A DNA stretch of 64,000 bases from Podarcis filfolensis (lineage: Eukaryota): NCBI GenBank assembly GCA_964270895.1, contig OZ185436.1; one strand, 5' to 3'. Below, piece after piece: positions 49,797 to 61,505 of the stretch. A program made the translations under genes and the position numbers. Position 1 is the stretch's first letter. Each line of letters begins with the position of its first letter. The notes beneath the pieces were generated by a model. The model did not search any database, was not told the origin of the DNA, and worked only from the letters and a program-made list of their open reading frames with translations.

Positions 49797-49932
49797 CTGG
49801 GCAGCCAACATGATGCCTTCCAGTTGTTTTGGAATACAACTTCTATCAGCCCCAGCCAGCATGACCAGCTGTGAAGGATGAAAAGAGTTGGAGCCCACTG
49901 ACATCTGGAGGGTCCCACATTGACTAACCCTG
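49797..49932. mobile_element. Degraded hAT hairpin MITE
   Basis: ccttccagttgttttggaatacaacttctatcagcc...agagttggagccc...catctggagggtccca. Confidence 0.55.
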
Positions 49933-51249
49933 GAGTAGATCATTGTAATCCAGACACCTGTACCTGATGTTCATTTTCAACCATTTCAAAACAACTACTG
50001 TCCTGGCTTTACAACAATAGATTAGTCATTCTGCAAACTGGTGAGCACCTGTTGGTCCTGGTGTTGTTTATTTTAACTGTCCCAATATTGTTTATGCACT
50101 AGCTAATAAAAGGGTGGCAATTGTTGCTTTGACTACATCACAACTTCAGCTTATCTAAAGACAGTACAGATGCTGTCATCTGACCCATTATATATCCCGA
50201 TCAGTTGGAATTGTGTGAAGGAATGTGTGGTGACGGAAGAGCCAAGGAAGCCTACCTCAAATTGCAGTGAGAGCTACTGCAATTACTTTGCCTAATGTAA
50301 ACTAAAATCAGAATTGATTGCTGAATGTTTGAAATTTAGATCAGTGCTTCTGCTTTTCAGAAGCAGGCTCAACCATCTGAAAAGCAAATAAAAAATTGCC
50401 TGTCAGGTCAGCCTCCCATGCATTAAACTGAGGAAGTTCATGAATATAAAAGTAATTGGGCAAACTCTTTTCCCCACTTCGAACAGCTGCTTAAATGCAT
50501 GTTTCAATGAAGAAAACTTTCCAAAATCTTCTATAGGCTTAAAATATATTTAAGTATATATTTTAACTGCAGGGCAAGCAAATACACCTTCCTTACAAGC
50601 TTGTCTAATGAATTTTAACATCAAAGATCTTTGAAATTTTTATATCCAATACTTTAGTATGGTACCTGATAGTGGTTGATACTTAACAATGCTATTCAAT
50701 GGATAATTTTTGTTATTTGAAAACCTGTTATAATCAATACAGTTTTATAGAAGGAGGAATCCAGGTCAGCTGTGAGTGGAGTTACAATCATAGGATGCCC
50801 CTGCAGGCAGAAGGGAAGGGAGATAATTTTACCTCCTGAAAGGCTGCTTCAGAGAGTTTGGGGGCCCACTGAAGTCAGTGAGGTGCAGGAGGGTCTGCAA
50901 CAGGAAGGGACATTGGCAAAATTGGTCTATCATTTGTTGGGTCAGGGTTGCTGCTGTGAATGGAAGGAATCTTTTCAACCTTTCATACTTTGAAAGGCAA
51001 GTCTGGTTCCAACCCATAATGTATCCAATGTTACACACGCATGCACTCACATACACACATATATAAAGTTGATCCATTATAATATGAATCCCATAATAAG
51101 TCGCATGGGACATGTTACAAGGATATGCCTTGGAGTTATCAGTTGTGTCTCCCGAATAACATGTAGCGGAGAAAAATTGCACTATGTGGGATTATCACAT
51201 CCGTATTTGCTCATCTCCCAGCTCTGCTTCATTGCTTGCCTTTGTTTGG

Positions 51250-51308
51250 GAGAAGCATCATCACTGCTTTGAATGCAGCAGGTCCCAGGTTCAATCCTGG
51301 CATCTTCA
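51250..51308 (+). mobile_element. tRNA-derived SINE head fragment
   Basis: ctgctttgaatgcagcaggtcccaggttcaatcctggcatct: B box present but no complete cloverleaf. Confidence 0.6.
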
Positions 51309-52251
51309 TATTTTTAGCAAGATGCAAGCAGTTCATGGAGACCAGGAGTATCTGTACATCTTTTCGCAATTTTTGGTTTAGCCTGTCAGCTTGTATAAGT
51401 GCTTTCAAAAAAATAAATACAGATATATTTGTTCCTTCCTGTTGACTTAACTGAAATATGATTCCATGATTCTTGCAAAAATTGTCCTTTGCGGCCATCA
51501 GCTAGCTTCATCCAAGCCTGCCAAGTTTTTAGTGTGAAAAACGCCAGTTATTTTTCAAAAAGGAATTAGTGCATCAGACAAAGAGAGTAGCTAAAAGTGA
51601 GTAAAGAGAACAGTTGAAAATATAAATCTTACATTGCTACTGGTCTTTACCACCTCCACATCATTTTTCTTTGGCTAATATACAGACTTCAGCAGTTCAC
51701 TAGAAAAAAATAAGTATGACATTTATGAAGGTGCACAGAAATATTGTTAGGTGACAAGTAAAATGTGTAGTTCCAAGTCAGACCCTCACCAAATGGGAAT
51801 AGTAATAATGAAGTTGAGGTAGATATTGAAAGCACAATTTGCTGTCCAAAAAGGACAGTGAACAACATGGTGTGTATCAGTTTGGTGTGCATTAGTTTAA
51901 TACAAGACACCTTCTGAATGAATGTGCCAAATACAAGAAGGTACAAAATAGTTATTGTGTAAATAGGAAGAAACTATGGATGGTATTCAGCTAAGTTTTA
52001 TTTGCAATAGAATTAAAATTAATGAACATTAATTAAAGTAATGCCCACTAAATTTTACTCTGTGTAAAACTTAGTTGAATACCACCCCATATGCAGCTTC
52101 CCCTATATACGATGCTGTAGCAGGAATTCAATGTCACACTTTTCCAAACATGTCATCATCACAAACATTTATACTTGCCTGATAGAATGTCCCCTCTATT
52201 CCCCCTGTGCACTGTTCTGGGGGTTCTTCTGGACCCCCCCAGCTGATTTAG

Positions 52252-52253
<2 letters not shown>

Positions 52254-52285
<32 letters not shown>

Positions 52286-52331
52286 CACAAAGGGGAGGAG
52301 AGGCGGCGGCAGCGGGGGGGGGGGGGGGGGG
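52254..52331. repeat. (TG)n followed by a G18 run
   Basis: (TG)n at 52254-52284; G homopolymer at 52314-52331. Confidence 0.9.
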
Positions 52332-53631
52332 AAGATGTCCATTGTGCTAGTGGAAGTCTTTGCATAGGCTTCCACTAGCAGAAGACACTAATTGAATCTG
52401 TCCCTATGTTTTTCTCATTTTTTCTCATGATATTATCATGATGACAGAGAGCCTCATGCCACTGATTTAGAGCTGGACTCTAGAAGTGAATCCCTGGCCA
52501 CTGGGATGGCTGTCTCTTGTGGGCAGGCAAAACACAGGGTGCTTCTGTTCAGGAAAATTGCTGTGACATATTTCATAGTAATGGCTTGACTCAGAGACCT
52601 ACACGTATTTGAAATGATGAGGTCAGATTCTTGACACCCAGTTCTGAAATTCAGTTTGAAAATGTGAAACTTTGTGCCCACTCCAGTTTGAATGATTTAA
52701 TGTTGTGCTAGAATCTATGCCTCCTCTTTTTAGTCCTAGTTAAAAAGGAACATGGGGTGGCTCCAGGCTGCTGGTATTTTGTGGGAGGCTTTCAAATGCA
52801 TACTGGAACTTTAGCTTTGCACAGTTGATGTGGATTTAAAGTGCTCTGTCACCCTAGCGCAACAAATCCACTTTTCTTTTTAAAATGGACTTTATACAGT
52901 TTGGAAAGTGATGTAACGTTTAGCAGGAAGAAGTATAAGCACTTGACAAGCAAATCAGAAAGAATGTTGGATGAACACTCATCAACATATAAAACTGTCC
53001 TATAAACAAATCAGAGCTTATGCTCTTTAAAGATTGGGCACAGTCAAACAATCACAAGCAAATCAGGATGAAAGCTGAGTAAAAAGGTTGCCTAGTCAAT
53101 CTCCCATACAATAGCAGGGTGAATTCTGGGAATCAGAGCATGTGGATGGTATTATTTCACCATGACTCAGTGTGGCCAATCTTGCTAAACTACATCAAGT
53201 CAGTTCAGTTCTTATACCGTTCCTTTGCTGAAGCCTTCCACATATATTTTATGTAAGAGGCTTTTTGGGGATAATTTAAGCACAGTTTAATTTTCTGTAA
53301 AAATGGCAGGCGCTGTTAAAAGTGCCTTTCATCAATCAACTGACAGAAGATGCTAACTACATTGCTTTCATGTCTAATGCCTTCGGGCTGTTACAGATAC
53401 TACGTATCGGAAAGCAGCTGGAGATGTTGTGGAGAATAAAACATCTGCTAAGCACGATTTTAAAACTGGACAGCTTTACATTTATAATTACATGCACCTA
53501 CACATTTTGCATGAGTCTATGAAGCTTCGGGAATTTCTCAACATCCTCAGAATATCTCATGTAGGTTAGAATGAGGGGGTAAGAGGAATAAGCCTAACTG
53601 TCTAGATATTTGTGTGCCATGACTTAAATTA

Positions 53632-53757
53632 GAAGTAGCCAACATGGCGCCCTCCAAATGTTGCCAGATTTCCTCCATCCTTGACCATTAGCCATGGCTG
53701 AAGCTGAAGAGAGTTGCAGTCCAGCAAACTGGAGGCTGCCAAGTTGCCTACCTTGGC
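53632..53757. mobile_element. Degraded hAT hairpin MITE
   Basis: gccctccaaatgttg...catccttgaccatt...gagagttgcagtccagcaaactggagg. Confidence 0.55.
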
Positions 53758-54050
53758 CTTAAACACACACCTAATACAAAAATGTGAAGAATAATGTGAT
53801 AATTCATGTAATTTTCAATGCTACCCAGAGAATTTTATTGAATTAATAAATACATTCATAGTATTTTCTTGCTTTCTCCAAATGAAGAAAATCAGCAGTG
53901 ATATACCCTCAGTACCAAACAAGGCCACTGTGTAAATATTACTCAATGTTTGAGTCCACTTACTTTCACAGAAGTTGGAAAAGCCTTCAGAACTCACTGC
54001 TATCCATAGATCCAAGAGATAGGGTAATAGTGGCCAGGAAGCCAATCCTA

Positions 54051-54140
54051 CAGCACAATCCTATGCATACCTACTGAGAAGTAAGTTCAACTGAATTCAG
54101 TGGGGATTACTCCCAGGTACAGAGGTATAGGTTTGCAGCC
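54051..54140 (+). mobile_element. 90-bp hairpin MITE (PIF/Harbinger-like)
   Basis: cagcacaatcctatgcat...gtataggtttgcagcc; same length and arms as 27018-27107. Confidence 0.7.
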
Positions 54141-55123
54141 TTCATAAATCAAGAAAGATTCACTTACATTGCTGACCATAATCAACTGTCACTGGCTTTT
54201 TGGAATATAGTGCCTTACCCATACATTGGGTACTGCAGCAATGGCACACTTTGTGCATATTGGGTATTATGTAGATATACCCAGGATGGAGGCATCCACA
54301 GGGGCAGTTGTACTGAAGCTTCTGAAGTAAGGTATAAGAATAAAGTGATGTGGCAGGGCAAAAATAAAATGAAAGTAAGTGGGGGCAGTGCTAGAAAGCC
54401 AAAAATGATAAGACGTGCAAGAGTCAGATTACCAGCCCCTCTTTCATTATCTCCCTCTGCTCTTCCTGACATATACTTTCAGTCTCTACACATATCATCT
54501 ATGCATGGCTTAGTCTGAGGATTTTGTGGGATTTCACGAGCTCTCCTGTTGACAGAAATTCTCCATCAGCCAAAAGAGGAAATGTTTCGGGTGCAGGGGA
54601 AATATTTATATATTTCTTTTTCTTGTAAATGGGCTTTAACCTTCCTGGATATTTCTATAATTATTACTATAATCCTTCTCATATAATCCAAAGGCCATGG
54701 GGTAGAACAACCACCTCCAAGCAGACCATTTGTGAAAGAGTTATCAGGAAGGCTTTGCCTTCCAAATCTCATTCTTGCCAGGAAGCCCAGAAGGAGATTG
54801 CGGTTGATAAATCAAACTGACAGATTGAGAAGAATTTGCAGAGTCCCACTCTTCCTCTCTGTCCCCTAGCACAGATAATCTATCAAGGCAACCAAAACAA
54901 GGTTGAAAAACCAGTCTGGAAATCAAATTGGATCTGAATAATTAACTATATCCAATACCCTCTGTGGTTGCTATTACAGGCTCACAGGGGAATCCTATGA
55001 ATGTCTGCTCAGTGGATGTCTGCTCAAAAAGTGATGATGATCATTTTCAATTTCTTACCTTTCATTCACCACAAAGTTCCAAAGTGGGTTGCAGCAATTT
55101 AAAACTACAATAAAGTCTAGCTT

Positions 55124-55630
55124 AAAAGTGGAAAACCCAAGAATTACCAACAATAGAAGAATGGCAGATGAAGATGATGGATTTTTCGGAGCTAGCCGAC
55201 CTAACCGGAAGAGTCCGCGACCAGAAGGAGGAGGAGTATCAGGAAGAGTGGAATAAATTTAATGATTATTTAGTTAAATTTGCTAAGTTAAACTAACTGA
55301 AAACAGCTTGCAGATACTTAATGGGCTTAGGATTTTATTTATGTTAAGTGATGAATTAATATGTTTAATTCCATAAGGTGAAGATCTAAGGATGTTAATG
55401 TTTAAGTTAAATTTCATAAAAATTGGGATTTGGAAAACCGTTAAAAGGACATGCAATCAAATTCAACCAAGGGGAAGCGAGGAAGTCACTTAACAAAGTT
55501 AATAACTGTAATTTTCAACAAGGCTATGATTTATGTTTGTTTGTTTTGTGTGTTTGTTTGTTTATAATATTGTGAAAACTAATAATTTTTTTGGAAAAAA
55601 ATAAAATAAATCCCTCCTTCCATAAAAAAA
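55124..55630 (+). mobile_element. 5'-truncated L1 LINE: ORF2 C-terminus, 3' UTR and A-rich tail
   Basis: 55126-55296 reads KWKTQELPTIEEWQMKMMDFSELADLTGRVRDQKEEEYQEEWNKFNDYLVKFAKLN*, resembling non-mammalian L1 ORF2 ends; TTT/AAAA cleavage-type site at 55098-55104. Confidence 0.8.
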
Positions 55631-55643
55631 CAAACTACAATAA

Positions 55644-55843
55644 NNNNNNNNNNNNNNNNNNNNNNNNNNNNNNNNNNNNNNNNNNNNNNNNNNNNNNNNN
55701 NNNNNNNNNNNNNNNNNNNNNNNNNNNNNNNNNNNNNNNNNNNNNNNNNNNNNNNNNNNNNNNNNNNNNNNNNNNNNNNNNNNNNNNNNNNNNNNNNNNN
55801 NNNNNNNNNNNNNNNNNNNNNNNNNNNNNNNNNNNNNNNNNNN
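55644..55843. other. Assembly gap (200 N)
   Basis: Run of N. Confidence 1.
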
Positions 55844-56010
55844 TCAAAGGTCATAGTAAAGAAGTACATCTTCATCATGCCATGGAAACTACATAATGAA
55901 GATGCCAGACACATCTCTTTGAGGAGAAATTTTCTCAATTTTGAGGCTGTCACAGAAAATGCTCTCTCCTGAGCTGCCACCTTCTGAACTTCTGAGGGCA
56001 GTGCCATTAC
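55844..56010 (-). mobile_element. L2 ORF2 C-terminal remnant (antisense)
   Basis: Reads ERAFSVTASKLRKFLLKEMCLASSLCSFHGMMKMYFF, homologous to the L2 RAFS..AP.LWN.LP...R....L..F...LKT.LF motif. Confidence 0.75.
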
Positions 56011-57053
56011 TCCATTGCCTCTGAGTTCAGTGGAGGTTCCAGATAAGTGTGTATAGCAGGCTTCATCAATTTGATTTCCTCCTGAGGCTTAGACTTCATC
56101 TCTAATACCTGACCACTTTCTATGTCGTCCAAAACAATTGGAGGACACCAGGTTGGGAAATGTTGCTATATAGGACTGCAGTTTCAAAAACCTTGTGGTA
56201 AATTTGGCCAGTGGTTATTAAAATCAGTTGATGACTTCTTTAAAAGGGATTTTACAATAACTTCCTCAAGACACATTGGGACAACATATTTTCTTAAGAA
56301 GACCCTTAGCACCTACAACACCTCTGCAATCAGGAAACCAAACAACAAGGGTTAATGCTTTTATTTGGTTATTTTATTTGTAACCAATTTCCCTCTTATT
56401 TGGATTATTGCCCTTTAGTAAATCATCTGCTCCTAGATATCAGTATAGCCTCTTCACAATACATACTTGATAACCCTTCTACTTGTATTGATTCTTCCAC
56501 AACAGCACTGGGCACTTCATTATAACCGTCTCCTGGTATTATTTTCTGCAGAAAAGATTCTTTGTCACATATAAAAGCATCCATTCAGAAAATTGTCAGT
56601 CTTATTTGACATTTCTGAAAGTAACAATCTGGCTGCCGAAGATTCACATTTTGGAGAGTTTTGCAAGAAGACTGGAGCCAAGTGTTTGACTACATTTGGC
56701 CTTTCATCTAGCCAGCTTTGAAAAATATATATGATGATGTTGTAAATTTGCCAGTTAAGATATTTGCAGGAAAAAGTATGACTCTCTTTTTAAAAATGGA
56801 GTTAAATTATATTACTAGTAGCTGCAGGAGTCCAAATTTAATTGTTGACAGCTAGTCTTGCCCAGTTTGTTTTGGGCAATAATGTTCTTAAACTTCTTTT
56901 CTCCTGCAATGTTTACCTGGAAATGTGCACTGAAATTTTAGCAACTATAATTATTTTCTCTATATAGTTATTCATGATCTGAATATCTGGAAACTCATCA
57001 TAAGTACTTGATGGACACACATGCTCAAGCAGAAGCATGCACACATGGTAGAC

Positions 57054-57189
57054 CAGGCATCCCAAACCTTCGGCCCTCCAGAAGTTTTGGACTACAATTC
57101 CCATCATCCCTGACCACTGCTCCTGCTAGCTAGCATTCATGGGAATTGTAGGCCAAAACTTCTGGAGGACCACAGGTTGAGGATGCCTG
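57054..57189. mobile_element. hAT hairpin MITE, 136 bp
   Basis: Ends caggcatcc / ggatgcctg; perfect 8-bp TSD TGGTAGAC (57046-57053, 57190-57197). Confidence 0.92.
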
Positions 57190-57530
57190 TGGTAGACCCT
57201 TCACAGTTTGGAGGACAAAGGATAGACAAAAACAGAGATAAACCTTCTAAAATACGAGGGAAAAAAATGCAACTCAACCTTTTCTCATTGCCAGTTCAGC
57301 CCTAAGGACTGGAAACTACCCCCCCAATAATATCTTACAATAATCACAAAGGAGTCAGACCTGGATGTTATAAGTTCCCTTTGGAAAGAAATTCCATTCT
57401 TGTAGCAAAGCTACAATGCATGGGTCTTGAAGCTTAACCCAAGCAACACAGAAATATGCCTGTTAGGGCTCAGGCAACTGTTGCATGGGCTTTTGATTCA
57501 CTTCTAGGCAAAACTCAATGTGCCAGTTAT

Positions 57531-57938
57531 TGTCATATTTTCAATCCCTAAATTCTTCACTTCCGAGGCAGTAGTAAGCAGTAGTAGCTCTGATGAGGAG
57601 ATGACCCCATTTTCTGGACCACTCCAAGTAGACTACATTCTGCATCTTGAACCCCGAGGAAGCATCTTTGCCTATGGAATCTGAGAGATGGACTACTGAT
57701 CAAGAAAGCCCTCCAGAGCTTCTTCAAAGTCCTCACAGCCCAAAACCCCACCATGTAGCAGGGCATGACTTCTTTAACTGGCCCCCTGAAGGTGAAACTT
57801 CAACCTTGATCCCTCAGGCAAGACTCTAAATCTCTTATAATTGCAGCAAGACAACTTGCTCTTTTTATTTTTCCAGCTACAGGATTCCTGCCTGTGGTCC
57901 CAAATCCAGCACTCTGGTTGCTGTCCAAGGTTCTGACA
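57531..57938 (+). mobile_element. Possible solo LTR (Gypsy-like), ~408 bp
   Basis: TGTCA...TGACA ends, TATA-like cttataa near 57835, 4-bp flanks ttat/tcat, U3-like SSSSSDEE/SP-rich pseudo-ORF. Confidence 0.45.
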
Positions 57939-58199
57939 TCATTCCAACATGAAGCTACTTTGGACAGTCTTGGGCCTGCCTCCCACCCCATTATTTGGAC
58001 TGCTGCTTCAGGGCAGTTATCATCTCAAAAACCTCTATGTAGCTTAGGACCAGTATGCCTAAAGAACTGCCTTTTCCCATATGAGCTTGCCCATTTACTA
58101 AAGGGGCCACCAGACTGTCAGTATTTTGCAGGGAAGATTCAAGTGCATACCAGGAAATTTAAGTTTGCACAATTAGACAAATGCTCTGTGTTGCCCTAA

Positions 58200-58300
58200 T
58201 AGAAAAAGAACAAAGAAGAGCCCTGGTGGATTTAGCCAAAGGCCCTTCTTTTTCACCATCCTGTTTTCACAGTGCCCAACCAGTGGCCAAACAAATCCAC
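58200..58300 (-). mobile_element. CR1-superfamily 3' tail (antisense)
   Basis: aagaacaaagaagagccctggtggatttagccaaaggccc...catcctgttttcacagtgcccaacc. Confidence 0.65.
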
Positions 58301-60235
58301 TATAAAAATACTTTTTGCTGTTAGGAATGTGGCAGGAAAATGCATTGAAAAGTGTGGGGTGAATGACTGGTGAATGGAAATATGTGTAAACACCCCAGAA
58401 GCAAATCAAGATGAATATAGGATGAATGCTTTTTATCTTCCAACCTCCCCACAAATGAATGCTAGATGAAGACTGAACCTTATCTAACCTCTATTTAAAT
58501 ATTTGTGCAAGCAAATTGAGATGAATGCTCAAAAAATAAGTCATGTGGAGGAGCCCTTGGTTGCACTGGATGTACTATTTTATGCATTCTATTGGTAGCT
58601 GGAGTGCAGATGAGAGCCATGAGAACAACCAGAAAGCTTTATAAAAATACACAAGCCATCAGTACTCACTAACAAATTATCACTGAAAATTGCCTCCCTT
58701 TTGAAAGCCACTTCTTCTCACCATGAGATAACAAACACACACACCATTTCTATTCCTGGGCATGTCTCTCCAGGGAGACAGATAAATTTCAAATCTTGTC
58801 AGGAATCTTGATTTGTTTGTTTTTTTCCTAGATCACCTCAGCAGCAGCCCCTTGTAAGCTTATTTTGTTTTGTTTCAGCGAATGTGGGAGGCACCAGGAG
58901 AATATGCCAGAGGGGACAAGGGAATCCTACCAACTCATTCAATCATCTAAAAAGAATTATTGTAGAGGCTGAAAATCATCAACATGACCAGCTTGTGAAC
59001 TCTAGCTTAGGAAAAGATGGCAGAGCCTTAATAGATTTGGGTTCTTTCTTTTTTGATGGTAAAAACTCATAGAAAGTGTGTCAAGTATGGGAAGTATATA
59101 ATGCTCCTCCACTGGTCCAGATATTAGAAAGGAGCATTGGTAGATACAGTTTCTGTTCTGTTGTTCATGCTCAGTGCAATAGCTAGCGGTGCAGGGAACA
59201 AAAGGAACTAATTTACCATTGGCTATGAACACCCTGAATTATATAGCAAGCAGGTGGAGCAGAGTCAGACCTTGGTCCTTGCCATCATATTCCCTGGAGT
59301 TCCCCCTGCCAGGTGTTCACATCTGGTAAATTTCCAGGAGTGAAGGTGGTGGTGGTCAGTGATTGTGACTGCTCCATTGAGTACTGCAGCACAGTCTCCA
59401 TAACCTGGCAAACTGTGGTGATGATGCCACTGCCTAGGGGTTGCGCATAAGGGAATACAGCTCTGGGGTTGACATAAAAGGTACCTTCAGAGGAAGAACT
59501 GCCCTCTGTATAGTAGAAAACATGAACACCATTATTGCTCTTTCTTTCCATGTAGCAGGCAGCACCCAGGAAGTGGTAGAGTGCGTGGGTGGTAGCAGGG
59601 TGGAGGGAGCCAGCATTATGGCAGCAGGGCCATCTTCATTGTTTTCCAGGTTGAAAAGAACTTTGGTTAATCTACAGAATCTTCTTTTAGCACTCATGCA
59701 GAAGCTTGACGTCACGCTGAGCAATCTGGAGCAAGTAAACATGCCTGATGCAGTCTTCAGTCGACAGACACAGACAGAAATAGAGGGAGAAGACAGACAC
59801 CCACAGCTCTTTGACAGCCAGTCCCTTAGAAGACTATCGTTCTATATATAGCAGCTGACTACATCTTTCTTTTGGCTTGCACCTCCAGGCAATGAGGGCA
59901 CAGAAAAGTAAAAGAATGTTCCTAGCCATTCCAAACTTTAAAAACACGAGTAGCTCTACAAGGAGTTGGCAATGAAACTGATTTCATTCCTGTAGTACCT
60001 ATTGATCATATTCACATAGTCCCTTTGGCGTGTTTGATCCTTTGCAGAGCAAAAGAAGACAGGCATCTGCCCTGAGGAGTATAAAATCTAAATTTGATAG
60101 GGGAGGAACTGAAGACGGTGCAAAAATGGTTGAGATATGGATATTAATATCTACTCTTCCCCAGTATCAATTATTCTTCCTTGATTTCCTCAATTGCAGT
60201 ACTTGGGGGTGGGGGTGGAATCCTGTCCTTTAGGG

Positions 60236-60373
60236 CAGTGTTCCCCAACCTTGGGCCTCCAGCTGTCTTTGGACTACAATTCCCATCATCCTTGACCACT
60301 GGTCTTGCTAGCGAGGGATGATGGGAGTTGTAGTCCAAAAACAGCTGGAGGCCCAAGGTTGTCCCCAACACTG
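60236..60373. mobile_element. hAT hairpin MITE, 138 bp
   Basis: TIR cagtgttccccaacctt; near-perfect internal hairpin; perfect 8-bp TSD CTTTAGGG (60228-60235, 60374-60381). Confidence 0.93.
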
Positions 60374-60800
60374 CTTTAGGGCACCCCTGTCATGTGGCTG
60401 TGAAAAGGGAGATTTTAAAAAGGCAAGAGCTCTCTGCCTCCCCTAATGCACATGTGCCAAAGAGTGTCTCCATTTATGTTTTGAAATGAAATGCCTGTGA
60501 GCTATACCTCAATCCTGAGCATGCTGGTGCTTGGTTGGCTGTCCCTGGGCTATAGGTTCAGTTCTTCCACTTTCTCACAAATGCCTTCTGATGTCCCTTT
60601 TTGTCCTCAGCTGCAATGCAGAAATACTTTTGCCCTGTGATGGTTGGTACCTATTGAGGCTGGTTGGGACCAAATGCAGGGAGCCCAAACAGTAAGTGGA
60701 ACCTGAGCCAATGACAGGCAGAGCGAACAAATTCTCATTTTGTCCCTATCCTCCCCACTGCTGAGTTATACAGGGGCAAGAGTTATGTAAGCTGATGGGT

Positions 60801-60844
60801 ATCCATCCATCCATCCATCCATCCATCCATCCATCCATCCATCC
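60801..60844. repeat. (ATCC)11 microsatellite
   Basis: Perfect tetranucleotide run. Confidence 0.95.
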
Positions 60845-61309
60845 CAGAGTTACAATTCCTAGCAACCCATAACAAACCACAGTGCCCTGAATTATTGGGG
60901 GGGGAGGGAGGGAGGGAATATGCTTTGAATGTACTTTAAATGCACAGTGTGTATACAGCCCTAGTGATTCATAGGGAGGGGAAAGGAGGAAATTGGTTTG
61001 ACAATGGTCAGTAGGGTGTTGGTGAATATTGCCTGCTGTTCTAATTATGTGATTTTAAGTAGGTTTGAAACAGTTGTTTGAATTCTAATGCGTAAACCAC
61101 CTTGGCATCATGAATGTTGGTTTAGAAATTGGATCAATAAATGCAATAAATAAATAATGAACTTGAGATATACAATGTGTTGGAAATTATTTTGTGCAGG
61201 GAATTCTGCTAATGTTTTAAACCAGTTATTGTATTTGTATTCCACTTTACCTCCAAGGATTTCAGTGTTGTATGTATGGATTTTATTTCAGTTTTGGAAA
61301 CATGATGTA

Positions 61310-61505
61310 ATAAGAACCAAGATCCCTACTTCCCCATGAGGCTCATGAGTGAACTTGGGCCAGTCACGACCTTTCAGCCTAATGTACTTCACAGGGCTGT
61401 TGTGAGGATAAAATTGTGTGTGTGTGTGTGTGTGTGTGGAGGGGGAACCACGTCATGATCCTCTTGGAAGAAATGCAAGAAATAAATGTAATAAAATAAT
61501 AATAA
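61310..61505 (+). mobile_element. MIR-like SINE, degraded, with internal (TG)n
   Basis: gagtgaacttgggccagtcac...cagcctaatgtacttcacagggctgttgtgaggataaa is CORE-like; A-rich tail. Confidence 0.7.

Noticed and set aside
52425-52441. 17-bp palindrome TCATGATATTATCATGA
   Set aside because: Short and AT-rich; expected by chance, with no supporting context.
55579-56007. 142-aa ORF and overlapping ORFs
   Set aside because: They span the 200-N gap; the real part is an L2 ORF2 remnant.
59560-59742. Faint resemblance to an RTE ORF2 segment (AIMLAPSTLL versus AIILPTLL) or DIRS RT (VFPY)
   Set aside because: Too few matching residues to assign without a search.
630-61505. Mild excess of plus-strand LINE tails as evidence for a minus-strand host gene
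   Set aside because: The counts are small and my calls are approximate; not significant on its own.
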